This document shows, piece by piece, positions 24,322 to 33,732 of a stretch of DNA of 62,000 nucleotides. Position 1 is the first letter of the stretch. Every line of letters starts with the position of its first letter. Source of the DNA: Hyalangium minutum. GTDB taxonomy: Bacteria > Myxococcota > Myxococcia > Myxococcales > Myxococcaceae. The stretch spans positions 20,001 through 82,000 of the forward strand of contig NZ_JMCB01000005.1 of assembly GCF_000737315.1 (NCBI RefSeq). Reading direction: 5' to 3'. The translations under genes were made by a program, and so were the position numbers. The notes below the pieces were generated by a model, which did not search any database, had not been told where the DNA came from, and was given only the letters and a program-made list of their open reading frames with translations.

Positions 24322-26592
24322 CTACGCAGCGCGGACCTTCACGGGCACGTGTTTGTGGTAGGGCGTGCGTGCCAGCGGGTCACAATGCTCGCTCGCCGTG
24401 AGGCGGTTGAGCTGCGGTCCCGCTGGCTCCCCCCCGCGATAGCGCATCCCGTACCCGTGGGGGAGCGTGACCATCCCAGGGCGGAGCGCTTCGTCGAGCT
24501 CGATGGTGACCGCAAGCTCGCCGGTGTCCGACGTGCAGATCGCTCTCGAGCCCTGCACCAGGCCGAGCGCCCGCGCGTCATCCGGGTGCATGCGCATCGC
24601 CCCTTCGAGGTCCGTCTTGCGCCAGGCCGGATCGCGGAAGATCTGGTTGGCGTTGTACGAGCGGCGTTCGCCCGCGAGCAGCACGAGCGGAGGGACGGCC
24701 TCGGGCTCGTCTCGCAGGGCGCGCAGGGCGGCGAGCATCTCGGGGATGTCGAGGTGGATGCGTCCGTCGGCGTGCCGGAGAAATGACCAGGCGTCGTCAA
24801 ACGTGTGGCGCGTCACGAGCACCCCCTCCGGACGATCGAGGATGGCACGGAAGAGCGAGGCTCCGAGGGTGAGGCGATTCCCACGGTGGCCAGCCCTCTG
24901 GACCGCGGCCCGCTCCCGGTTCGCCAGGTCGAGCGTGAGCCCGAGCAGCGGGGCCGTGGCGGCGGGCGGCACGCGCTCCGGGTTCGCGCGCGCGGTTCTC
25001 AGCACCGGGCCGAGCGTGCGATAGGCGATGGACGCCGCGTAGGGGCGCAGGCGCGGCTTGGCTGCGAGCTGGGCGGCGAACGCGGCCAGGAATCCGAAGG
25101 GGTGCGTTGCTGCTGGCTCCACCTCGGCGATGCGCTTGAGCACGGGGAACGTGCGCGGGAGCTCGCCCATCGACTCGAGGAGCCGTGTGTAGATCTCCGC
25201 CTCCGGCAGGGTCTCGGCGCGAGGCGGAAAGAGCGGGTGCCGCACGTGAAATGCGTTGTCCGGGAACTCCAGGTTGAAGCCGGTGCACTCCCACTTCTCG
25301 AACTGCGTAGCCGCCGGCAACACGTAGTGCGCCAGACGTGCGGTCTCCGTCATCGCCACGTCCACGACGACCAGGAGCTCCAGCTTCGAGAAGGCTCGCT
25401 CGTAAGCCGCCGTGTTCGCGCCGGTGAGCACGGGGTTGGCGCTGTCCACGAACATCGCACGGAGGCGATCCTCGCCCTCGTGCTGAATCTCGTCCGGCAG
25501 GATGTTCGGTGGGTACAGCCCGGCGATGGGGTACATCCCGTGGTGAGCGGTGCGCGGGTGGCGCGTGTTGCGCTCGTCGGTATGGCCCAGGATGGGCAGG
25601 AGGAACGAGTGGAAGTTGTTCCCGCCGCGCTTGCCGAAGTGCCCGGTGACGAGAAACAGCAGCTTCTCGAGGTACGAGTTGAGCGTGCTGTGCAGGCTCT
25701 GCTGCAGCCCGAGGTCGACGCGGACGCACGCCGCGCGCGCCTGCGCGAAGCCCCGTGCAACCCGCTCGACGTCCGCGAGCGGCACATCGGCCCGGCGAAC
25801 GAACGCTTCGATTGGAATCGAGCGAAGCGCCTCCTCTAACGCCGGAAAGCCCGTGCAGCGGCGGGAGAGGAACTCGCGGTGGTGCAGCCCGTCCCGGACG
25901 ATGATCGCAAGCATGGCCGCCAGGAGAAATGCGTCGGTCCCCGGGCGGGGCTGGAGGTGCACGTCCGCCAGGCGTGCAGTCTCCGTCTTGCGCGGATCGA
26001 TGACCACCATCGTGCGCGCCGGGTCCTTCTTCAGCTCGCGCAGCGTGTCGCGAGCGTTGGGAATCCCGTGCGCTTGGAAGGGATTGGTGCCGGCGAACAG
26101 GACGAAGTCGGCGTGCTCGACATCCTCCGTGAGGTGGCAGCGCTGATCGCCGAACAGGCGGCCGTTGACCCAGAAGTCGCCGGTCTTTTCCTGGGCGAGC
26201 GCGCTGTAGACAAAGCGGCTCTTCATCGCCTTGAGCAACTGCCTGCTGTAGGCACCGCCGAGGTGGTTCCCCTGGCCGCCACCTCCGTAGAACGCGAAGG
26301 CGCGTCCCCCGTGGCGCTCTCGGAGCGCGATGAGCCTCTGCGCGATGTCTGCGAGCGCTTCGTCCCAGGTGACACGGACGAAGCTGCCGTCGGGCGTTCG
26401 GCGCAGCGGGTGCTCCAGGAGGTCCGCATGCTCCTGGTAGTGCGCCAGCCGCCCGGCCTTCTGACAGAGGTAGCCCTTCGACACCGGATGCGCGTCATCG
26501 CCGCGGATGCCCTTGATGCGCATCCCCTCCGTCTCGACGCGAAGACCACAGTTCCGCGAGCACAGAATGCAGGCCGTCTGTTCCGTGGGCAT
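24322..26592 (-). CDS. Molybdopterin (bis-MGD) oxidoreductase family protein, cytoplasmic
   Basis: CILCSRNCG...LC [4Fe-4S] motif, GTNP..AHG, IDPRKTETA, LPAATQFEK, C-terminal MHPDDARALGL dinucleotide-binding domain; no Tat signal. Confidence 0.9.
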   Translation of the reverse strand: MPTEQTACILCSRNCGLRVETEGMRIKGIRGDDAHPVSKGYLCQKAGRLAHYQEHADLLEHPLRRTPDGSFVRVTWDEALADIAQRLIALRERHGGRAFAFYGGGGQGNHLGGAYSRQLLKAMKSRFVYSALAQEKTGDFWVNGRLFGDQRCHLTEDVEHADFVLFAGTNPFQAHGIPNARDTLRELKKDPARTMVVIDPRKTETARLADVHLQPRPGTDAFLLAAMLAIIVRDGLHHREFLSRRCTGFPALEEALRSIPIEAFVRRADVPLADVERVARGFAQARAACVRVDLGLQQSLHSTLNSYLEKLLFLVTGHFGKRGGNNFHSFLLPILGHTDERNTRHPRTAHHGMYPIAGLYPPNILPDEIQHEGEDRLRAMFVDSANPVLTGANTAAYERAFSKLELLVVVDVAMTETARLAHYVLPAATQFEKWECTGFNLEFPDNAFHVRHPLFPPRAETLPEAEIYTRLLESMGELPRTFPVLKRIAEVEPAATHPFGFLAAFAAQLAAKPRLRPYAASIAYRTLGPVLRTARANPERVPPAATAPLLGLTLDLANRERAAVQRAGHRGNRLTLGASLFRAILDRPEGVLVTRHTFDDAWSFLRHADGRIHLDIPEMLAALRALRDEPEAVPPLVLLAGERRSYNANQIFRDPAWRKTDLEGAMRMHPDDARALGLVQGSRAICTSDTGELAVTIELDEALRPGMVTLPHGYGMRYRGGEPAGPQLNRLTASEHCDPLARTPYHKHVPVKVRAA

Positions 26593-26595
26593 GGC

Positions 26596-26629
26596 TTGAA
26601 TGATGGGATAGCGATCGTTATCCTGTCAA
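26596..26629. promoter_or_regulatory. Overlapping divergent promoters with a TetR-type palindromic operator
   Basis: GGATAGCGATCGTTATCC (26606-26623), an 18-bp palindrome with one mismatch; + strand TTGAAT-17bp-TATCCT; - strand TTGACA at 26629-26624. Confidence 0.7.
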
Positions 26630-26638
26630 GACGACACC

Positions 26639-27196
26639 ATGCGTTACTCTACCGACCACAAAGCAGGCACTCGGGACAAGCTCGTGCGCGAGAGCGCGGC
26701 ACTGGCCAAGGAGCAGGGCTTCGCCGCGAGCGGGATCGACGCGCTGGCACGCTCCGCAGGCCTCACCAGCGGGGCATTCTACAAGCACTTCGAAGGCAAG
26801 GAGGCGCTGCTGGCGGCCATCTGCGAAGCGGAGCTCCAATCGACCCAGGAGCGCTTCTCATCCATCGAGCCTCAATCCGAGGAGCAGGTGCTTCGCGCGG
26901 TCGATGCGTACCTGAGCCTCGTGCACGTGCGAAGCCCTGGTGCGGGCTGCGTGTTGCCCGCTCTGGCCGCGGAGATGGGCCGCGCCCCCGCCGCCACCCG
27001 AGCCGTGGTCGAGCGCGCCTTCGAAGAGCTCGTTGCCGTCATCGCTGAGAAGGTCGGCGATCGTGCGCTCGGGAGTGCGCTCGTCACCCAGTGCGTGGGA
27101 GCGGTCTCCGTGGCTCGCGCGCTCTCGACGGAGACGGCCCAACGCGAGGTGCTCGCCCATGCGCGCGTGGCGGTACGGCGGCTGCTGAAGGCTTAG
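26639..27196 (+). CDS. TetR/AcrR family transcriptional regulator
   Basis: GFAASGIDALARSAGLTSGAFYKHFEGKEAL HTH; GAGCVLPALAAE C-terminal domain. Confidence 0.93.
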   Translation: MRYSTDHKAGTRDKLVRESAALAKEQGFAASGIDALARSAGLTSGAFYKHFEGKEALLAAICEAELQSTQERFSSIEPQSEEQVLRAVDAYLSLVHVRSPGAGCVLPALAAEMGRAPAATRAVVERAFEELVAVIAEKVGDRALGSALVTQCVGAVSVARALSTETAQREVLAHARVAVRRLLKA

Positions 27197-28290
27197 GTCA
27201 GCACCTCGGTCGGGTCCTTCCCGGCGAAGGTGCTGGCCAGGCCGTTGGCGAGCGCGCGGTGCTGCGCGTCCCCGAGCGTGGCCACCCGGTCCTCGGGAGG
27301 ATGGGCGAAGCGGGCCTCGAGCCGGGCGAGCCGGCGGTGGGCCTCGGTGATGCGCTCGCGCGGGATTCGGCCGGACTCCACGGCCTTCACCACCGCCTCG
27401 ATGGCCCGCCGCTGCACGTCCACGCGGTGGCACACGAGGAACAGATCCACTCCGGCCAGCGTGCCCTGCACCGCGGCCTCCTCCACGGAGTAGTAGTTCG
27501 CGATGGCCTTCATCTCCAGGTCATCGCTCACGAGCACCCCGTCGAAGCCCAGCTCCTGGCGCAGCAGGCCATGGAGCACCTTGTGGCTCATGGTCGCGGG
27601 CACTCCGGGCTCGATGGCGTCGAACAGCACGTGCGCCGTCATCAGCGACGCGAGCCCCGCCTTCCCGAAAGCCTTGAAGGGCACCAGCTCCACGCGGCGC
27701 AGGCGCTCCAAGTCATGCGGTAGCCGGGGCAGGGTGAGGTGGCTGTCCGTGGTGGTGTCTCCGTGGCCGGGGAAGTGCTTGCCGCACGAGGCTACGCCAC
27801 CTGCCTCCAGCCCGCGCCCGAGCGCCACGCCGAGCCGCGCCACCGTCTCCGCATCCCGGCTGAAGCTGCGGTCGCCGATGACGGGGTTGGCTGGGTTGGT
27901 GTCCACATCGAGCACGGGAGCGAAGTCCCAGTCGAAGCCCACGGCGCGCAGCTCGTGCGCGAGCAGCTGCCCCGCGCGCTCGGCGAGGCCCTCGTCCCCG
28001 CGCTGGCCCAGCTCGCGCATGGAGGGCAGGGCGGTGAAGGGCTCCCCGCGCAGCCGGGCCACGCGGCCGCCTTCCTGATCCACCGAGAGGATGAAGGGCC
28101 GCCCCGCGCGCTTCTTGATGTCCCGGCACAGCGCGGCCGTGTCCTGGGCGGAGCCGACGTTCCGCTTGAAGAGGATGGCCCCGAAGATGCCGTCGTCCAT
28201 GAGGGCGGCGAAGTCCCCATCAACGGTGGTGCCTGGGAAGCCCACCATGAAGAGGCGGGCGCAATCGCGGTAGAGGGCGGAGCGGGTCAT
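27193..28290 (-). CDS. nagZ: beta-N-acetylhexosaminidase (GH3)
   Basis: SVDQEGGRV, KHFPGHGDTTTDSH, MTAH, SDDLEM motifs. Confidence 0.93.
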   Translation of the reverse strand: MTRSALYRDCARLFMVGFPGTTVDGDFAALMDDGIFGAILFKRNVGSAQDTAALCRDIKKRAGRPFILSVDQEGGRVARLRGEPFTALPSMRELGQRGDEGLAERAGQLLAHELRAVGFDWDFAPVLDVDTNPANPVIGDRSFSRDAETVARLGVALGRGLEAGGVASCGKHFPGHGDTTTDSHLTLPRLPHDLERLRRVELVPFKAFGKAGLASLMTAHVLFDAIEPGVPATMSHKVLHGLLRQELGFDGVLVSDDLEMKAIANYYSVEEAAVQGTLAGVDLFLVCHRVDVQRRAIEAVVKAVESGRIPRERITEAHRRLARLEARFAHPPEDRVATLGDAQHRALANGLASTFAGKDPTEVLT

Positions 28291-28456
28291 TACGGCCTCA
28301 CCTTACCTACATTGGGCTCCAGAGGGAGGGGTGTGAACGGCTTCACACCCAGGACGTGAAGCCCGTCACAGATCCCCTGGCTGGAAAGGAGGCAGGCTTA
28401 CGCAGGGAAGCTCGGAAAGCCGTGAGGCAAGCACGGGCGTGAAAAGGGGGAACTCC

Positions 28457-29695
28457 ATGACGGACGTGGTGCGTCAGCGCAAGGACAGGGCTGAGGAGCT
28501 GCTGGCCTCGGGAGCGGTGGAGGCGGCGCTCGCGGAGTACCAGAAGCTCGCCGAGGAGGTCCCGGAGGACCTGACCAGCCGCCGCAAGGTGGCGGAGCTG
28601 TTCCAGCGGCTCGGCCGCCGCAAGGAGGCCCTGCTCACCTACGAGGCTCTGGCGGATGCCTGGGCCCGGCGCGGCTGGCTGCTGAGGGCCATCGCCCTGT
28701 GCAAGATCATCCTTCAGATCGAGCCTCGCCACGAGCGCACCCAGCGCCTGCTGGCGCAGCTCTACGCCCGCCGGCAGATGCCGCCGTCCCTGCCCGCGCC
28801 CGCGCCGGCCTCGGCGCCCTCGGAGCCCGAGGCCGTGGTGTCCAAGCCGGGCACGGGCAAGGTGCCGCGCTTCCCCGTCTTCTCGCAGCTGGGCGGAGAC
28901 GCCTTCCTGTCGCTCCTCGAGGGCTTGGAGATGCGCTTCTTCCAGCCCGGTGACGTCGTCATCGAGGAGGGCAAGGCCGCCACCTCCATGTTCGTCATCG
29001 TGGAGGGGAGCGTGGAGGTGGTGCAGAAGCAGGGCAAGGGCGGCGACCGCCCGGTGGCGCTCATGGGCGAGGGCAACCTCTTCGGGGAGATGGCGCTCGG
29101 AGGCGAGGCCTGCCGCCACACCCGCATCCAGGCGTATGAGCCCACGGTGGTGCTGGAGCTGACGCGCTCGCGCGTGGAGCAGCTCATCCTCCAGTACCCC
29201 GCGGTGGGGCAGGTGCTGCAGACCTTCTACCGGGAGCGGATGCTCAGCCAGCTGCTGAGCCAGAACCCCCTGTTCCGCTCGCTGTCGCAGGCGCAGCGCG
29301 AGGCCGTGGCGCTCGAGTTCCAGCTCTGCTCCATGCCGGCGGACCGGCCGCTCATCGCCCAGGGCCGCGCGGTGGACGCGCTCTACGTGCTGCTGCGAGG
29401 CTGCTGCCGGGTGACGCACCAGCGCTCCGAGGGCGGCGAGCTCGCCTCCCAGCCGCTCCAGGAGGGCGACATGTTCGGAGAGATCGCCCTGGTGCTCGGC
29501 ACGCAGGCCACGGCCACGGTGACCACGGAGACGCCCTGCACCCTGCTGCGGCTGAGCCGCGATGCGTGCGAGCGGCACCTGCTCCAGCAACCCGGGCTGC
29601 GCGACTACCTCTCGCGCCTGGCCTCCGAGCGCCTCCAGCGCACCGCGAGCCTCATCGCGGGCGAGGCTCCCGAAGAGGACGACGTCTGCATCTGA
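28457..29695 (+). CDS. TPR-like N-terminus plus two cNMP-binding-like domains
   Basis: Helical repeats, then FQPGDVVIEEG...FGEMAL and LIAQG...FGEIAL domains. Confidence 0.85.
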   Translation: MTDVVRQRKDRAEELLASGAVEAALAEYQKLAEEVPEDLTSRRKVAELFQRLGRRKEALLTYEALADAWARRGWLLRAIALCKIILQIEPRHERTQRLLAQLYARRQMPPSLPAPAPASAPSEPEAVVSKPGTGKVPRFPVFSQLGGDAFLSLLEGLEMRFFQPGDVVIEEGKAATSMFVIVEGSVEVVQKQGKGGDRPVALMGEGNLFGEMALGGEACRHTRIQAYEPTVVLELTRSRVEQLILQYPAVGQVLQTFYRERMLSQLLSQNPLFRSLSQAQREAVALEFQLCSMPADRPLIAQGRAVDALYVLLRGCCRVTHQRSEGGELASQPLQEGDMFGEIALVLGTQATATVTTETPCTLLRLSRDACERHLLQQPGLRDYLSRLASERLQRTASLIAGEAPEEDDVCI

Positions 29696-29704
29696 GCGGC
29701 CCGC

Positions 29705-30385
29705 TCACTGGGCCTGCTTCTGGAGCTGATCGGGGTGGACCAGGGTGATTTGGCCCCCCTCGTAGGAGAGCAGGCCCTCACGGACGAAGAAGCGCAGCCA
29801 CTTGTTGGTGCTCTCGCGGGTGAGGCCGCACAGGTTGGCCAGCTCCACCTGCGTGAGCTTCTGGGAGATGACCACGCCGTCGGGGCCCAGCTGGCCCTGG
29901 CTCCGGGCCAGCTCGAGCAGCACGCGGATCAGCCGGGTGCGCGCATCCAGGAACGTCGCGTCGTGGACCAGCTGCGTCACCCGCCGCACCAGCAGGCTCA
30001 TGGACGCCAGCAGCCCTCGGGCCACCCGGGGCGAGCTGTCCAGGTACTGGTGGAAGCTCTCCCGCTGTAGGCACAGCAGCTCCGTCTCCTTCCGGGCCAC
30101 GGCGTCCGTCGAGCGGGGCTCGCCGTCCAGCAGCGCCAGCTCTCCGAAGAAGTCACCGCGCTCCAGCAGGGCCAGCGTCACCTCTTTGCCGTCCAGAGAG
30201 CTGAGGCGGATGGCCACCTGCCCCTTGCGGATGATGAAGAGCGCGGTACCTACATCTCCCTGATGGAAGATGACCTCTCCCCGGGGGTAGCGTCGGGCCT
30301 GCAGCAGGCCGGACAGGTGCTTGAGCTCCCCCTCCGCGAGGTGCTCGAATATGGGAACCTTGGCCAGCAGCTGCGTGTACGACAC
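29705..30385 (-). CDS. Crp/Fnr family transcriptional regulator
   Basis: FGELALLDGEPRST cNMP pocket, C-terminal TQVELANLCGLTRESTNKWL HTH. Confidence 0.93.
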   Translation of the reverse strand: MSYTQLLAKVPIFEHLAEGELKHLSGLLQARRYPRGEVIFHQGDVGTALFIIRKGQVAIRLSSLDGKEVTLALLERGDFFGELALLDGEPRSTDAVARKETELLCLQRESFHQYLDSSPRVARGLLASMSLLVRRVTQLVHDATFLDARTRLIRVLLELARSQGQLGPDGVVISQKLTQVELANLCGLTRESTNKWLRFFVREGLLSYEGGQITLVHPDQLQKQAQ

Positions 30386-30588
30386 CGGGCCTCCTCACCA
30401 GGGAGGGCTGTAGGATAGCGGGTAATTCGCGTTTTGCTGCAACGGACCTGGAGGGTAGGGTAGATTGAGCAGGCGGGGAAGGGAGCGGCCGCCGAGGGGC
30501 CCGACGTGCTGCCATGGAGTAGGGCGGGCAAATGTGCTCGAGGTGGCAGCGCCACGAGCTGGGTAAGCGTGATACACACAAGGCTGAT

Positions 30589-32157
30589 ATGCACGCAGCG
30601 CTCGAAGTCCTTCTCGCCGATGGCGTGATCGATGAAGTCACCGCCCGCCTCAAGAGCGGCAAAGAGGCGGACGTGTACATCGTCGTTCACGGCGGCCAGT
30701 ACGTGGCGGCGAAAATCTACAAGGAGCGCACCCAGCGCAACTTCAAGAACAACGCCGGCTACAAGGAAGGGCGCCTGGTCCGCAACAGCCGCACGCGGCG
30801 GGCGATGGAGAAGGGCAGCCGCTTCGGCCAGGAGGCCGAGGAAGAGGCGTGGAAGACGGCCGAGGCGGAGACGCTCGGCAAGCTGCACACCGCCGGGGTG
30901 CGGGTGCCCTCGCCGGTGATGTTCTACGAGGGCGTGCTGTTGATGGAGCTGGTGGTGGACGCCGAGGGCCAGCCCGCGCCGCGCTTGATTGACGCGCTGC
31001 TCACGCCAGAGCTGGCGGCGGAGTTCTACCGGGACCTGCGCCAGCAGGCGGTGAAGATCCTCTGCGCCGATCTGATCCACGGCGACCTGAGCGCGTACAA
31101 CATCCTGCTCGGGGCAGCCGGCCCCACCATCATCGACTTTCCGCAGACGGTGTCGGCGGCGGCCAACAGCCGTGCGGAGTTCTTCTTCAAGCGGGACCTG
31201 GACAACCTGCAGCTCTTCTTCGCGGGCTATGACCCGGGGCTGATGGGGCGCGCGGGGGATTCTTCGGAGATCTGGCGGGCCTACGTGCGGCGTGAGCTGA
31301 CGCCGGACTTCGAGCCGTCGGGCCGAGGCGCACCGGATGGCCGGGGCCCGCGGCACGGCTCCCGTCAGGGAGGTCGGCCTCAGGGTGAAGGGGGACGCTC
31401 GTTCCCGCCGAGAGACCGTTCACCCGCGCCGGTGCAAGAGGCGCGCGAGGCCCCAGCTCCCGCGGTGGAGGAGGACGAGTTCGCGATCCTGCGCCAGGGT
31501 GGCGGCGAGCGGCCCAAGGTGGCCCAGCTCGCGAAGGCCGCCCGGGGCGGAGATCGTCCGCACCACCGGGGCGGTTCGAGAGGCGGTTCTCAGGGCGGTG
31601 GCCGGCGAGGTCCTCCAACGGGCGGGGCTCCTCGCCAGGGGAACGGGCAGTCTCGGCCGCACGGTGATCGTCCTCAGGGCGGCGGGCGTCCCTCGAAGCC
31701 GCCCCAGGGTGCGCAGACTCAGCACGGTGGCGGAGGCTCGGGGCAGACGAATGGTGCACACGCCTCGCACGGCGCTGGAGGTTCGGGACAGCCGAACGGC
31801 ACCCGCGTCTCACACGGCGGCGGTGGCTCCGGCCATTCGCACGGGGCGCGCGCTCAGCACGGAGGCGGCGGGCAGGGAGCGCCGCATCACCGGCGAGGCC
31901 CTCACGGAGGAGGAGGGCACGGCGCGCCTCGCGGCGGCAATGCTCCCCACGCTTCGGGTGGAAGTGCCCCGCATTCCGCGCAGGCCGGAGGCCGTCCTCA
32001 GCAGCACGGGCACCAGGGCGGTCGCGGTGGTGATCGGCCCCAGGGCACGCGTCAACCGCGCCAGGGTCGGCGGGGGGCTGCTGCGCCTGTGGTCTCCTAT
32101 GTGTCCCGCGGCACCGCTTCGGAGCCGGGGACGGGTGGCTCTCCCGAGGAGTCCTGA
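30589..32157 (+). CDS. RIO1-family Ser/Thr kinase with long Gly/Arg/His-rich disordered tail
   Basis: KSGKEADVY, AAKIY, IHGDLSAYNIL, IIDFPQ, RDLDNL; low-complexity C-terminal half. Confidence 0.9.
   Translation: MHAALEVLLADGVIDEVTARLKSGKEADVYIVVHGGQYVAAKIYKERTQRNFKNNAGYKEGRLVRNSRTRRAMEKGSRFGQEAEEEAWKTAEAETLGKLHTAGVRVPSPVMFYEGVLLMELVVDAEGQPAPRLIDALLTPELAAEFYRDLRQQAVKILCADLIHGDLSAYNILLGAAGPTIIDFPQTVSAAANSRAEFFFKRDLDNLQLFFAGYDPGLMGRAGDSSEIWRAYVRRELTPDFEPSGRGAPDGRGPRHGSRQGGRPQGEGGRSFPPRDRSPAPVQEAREAPAPAVEEDEFAILRQGGGERPKVAQLAKAARGGDRPHHRGGSRGGSQGGGRRGPPTGGAPRQGNGQSRPHGDRPQGGGRPSKPPQGAQTQHGGGGSGQTNGAHASHGAGGSGQPNGTRVSHGGGGSGHSHGARAQHGGGGQGAPHHRRGPHGGGGHGAPRGGNAPHASGGSAPHSAQAGGRPQQHGHQGGRGGDRPQGTRQPRQGRRGAAAPVVSYVSRGTASEPGTGGSPEES
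31708..31887 (+). repeat. Four imperfect 45-bp (15-aa) tandem repeats in the RIO kinase tail
   Basis: GAQTQHGGGGSGQTN / GAHASHGAGGSGQPN / GTRVSHGGGGSGHSH / GARAQHGGGGQGAPH. Confidence 0.85.
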
Positions 32158-32185
32158 GCCGCCCGCGGTCCGCTGAGGAGGCGTC

Positions 32186-32857
32186 TCAGTCCATCACCAC
32201 CAGCGCATCGGTGAGCTCGTTGCGATTCTGCGCCTGGGCGGGCAGCGCCTCGGCGAGAGCGGCGCCCGCCTGCTCAATGGTGTGGCAGAGCGCGTCCGTA
32301 TAGCTGCCCTTCTTCAGCTCCGAGACGAGGCTGGCGCACAGCGCATCCAGCTTGGGCTGTCCCAGCTTCTCCAGCACTTGGGCATCCGCGAGCACCACGG
32401 CCATGCGCTCGAGCATGCTGACGTAGACGAGCAAGCCGCTGCCGGCGTCAGTGTGGTGGATGCGGCGATCGAAGAAGGCCTGCCGGGCGGCGCGTTCCAC
32501 CTCGGCCTTCTGCTCGCTGCGCGGGGTGAACAGGAGCCGCAGGCTGCCGGACAGGTGCGCCAGGACCACGCCCAGCACCCAGCCGCCGAGCACCAGGCCC
32601 ACCACCGGCAGCAGTCCGAGCCGGGGACGGGGCACGCCCCATTCGGAGGGCTCGACCCCCTGCAGCAGCCACCAGCCCACGCAGAGGGTGATGAGCCCGA
32701 ACCAGAGCCCGACCATGTCTTCGGCGCGGTCATACCGGCCGCTGGAGCTGGCGATGACCGGGACGATCTCCGCGGAGGAGCGGGCCTCTGCCCGGGCGAC
32801 GGCCTCGGTGACACGCCGGTGATCCGCTTCAGTAAAGAGCGTGGATGCGCGCTTCAT
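32186..32857 (-). CDS. TPM-domain membrane protein (DUF477 partner type)
   Basis: AVARAEARSSAEIVPV, two TM segments, HHTDAGSGLLVYVSMLERMAVVLAD, NRNELTD. Confidence 0.85.
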   Translation of the reverse strand: MKRASTLFTEADHRRVTEAVARAEARSSAEIVPVIASSSGRYDRAEDMVGLWFGLITLCVGWWLLQGVEPSEWGVPRPRLGLLPVVGLVLGGWVLGVVLAHLSGSLRLLFTPRSEQKAEVERAARQAFFDRRIHHTDAGSGLLVYVSMLERMAVVLADAQVLEKLGQPKLDALCASLVSELKKGSYTDALCHTIEQAGAALAEALPAQAQNRNELTDALVVMD

Positions 32858-32866
32858 GGCCCCTCC

Positions 32867-33679
32867 CTACCAGGACCCCGTGGCGCCGCCGCCACGTGAT
32901 GAGCTTCCACCTCCGCTGCTCCACGAGCTGCTGCTGCTCGAGGAACTGCTGGAGTGAGAGTGTCCCCAGCCATGGTGGTGGTGATGGCGACGCCTGGGCG
33001 ACAGTAGCGCGCCCAGGATGGCCCACAGCGCGCTGAAGACGATGCTCCAGAAGCCCCAGGCGTAGCCTTGTGTGCCGCTGCGCAGCAGCGAGATGAGCGT
33101 GAAGAGGCCCAGCGCTCCGCCCCCGGCGTAGCCCAGCATTCGTTCCTGGGACATGGGCGCTCGGGGAAGCTCCTGGCCGCGGACCATGAGATCCAGCGCG
33201 GAGGCCCCCAGGACCAGGCCGGACGAATGGCGCTCCTTCTTGAATGCGGGGATGAGGTGGTCCTGCAGGATGCTCCAGCAGGAGGCGTCCTTCTCCTGGC
33301 CCCAGCCGGGGCCCATCTCGATGCGGGCCTTCCGGTCGAGCTTGCTCACCAGCAGGAGGACCCCCTTGCTGTCCTCGGGGCTCACGGCGCCGGAGACGCC
33401 AATGCCCCACTCGCGGAACAACTGGGAGGCAAAGTCCTCGATGCTCATCCGCGCCCCGCCGTACCTCGCCATCGTGTCGATGGTCACGACGAACAGAGGA
33501 ATCTCCTGCTCTGTCCACAGTCGCTCGGCCGTGGCCTGGATCTCTTGTGCGTCCTCAGGGCGGATGACCGACGCTAGATCCACGACGTACTGCCCGGTGG
33601 GGGGCGCCGGGGGAAGATGGAGTGCCGCGTGGGCGGGCATGGCCAGCAGCAGCGCTGCCAGCAGAGCCAGGGTCTTCAC
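32867..33679 (-). CDS. TPM-domain protein with TM segments and Gly/Ser tail
   Basis: Signal peptide, YVVDLA, FREWGIG...GVLLLVSKLDRKARIEMGPG, C-terminal GGGSSSRGGGATGSW. Confidence 0.88.
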   Translation of the reverse strand: MKTLALLAALLLAMPAHAALHLPPAPPTGQYVVDLASVIRPEDAQEIQATAERLWTEQEIPLFVVTIDTMARYGGARMSIEDFASQLFREWGIGVSGAVSPEDSKGVLLLVSKLDRKARIEMGPGWGQEKDASCWSILQDHLIPAFKKERHSSGLVLGASALDLMVRGQELPRAPMSQERMLGYAGGGALGLFTLISLLRSGTQGYAWGFWSIVFSALWAILGALLSPRRRHHHHHGWGHSHSSSSSSSSSSWSSGGGSSSRGGGATGSW

Positions 33680-33732
33680 CAGGAGCCTCCGGAGAGCACC
33701 ACGAGCGGGCCAGATGTTGGCCCTGCGACACT

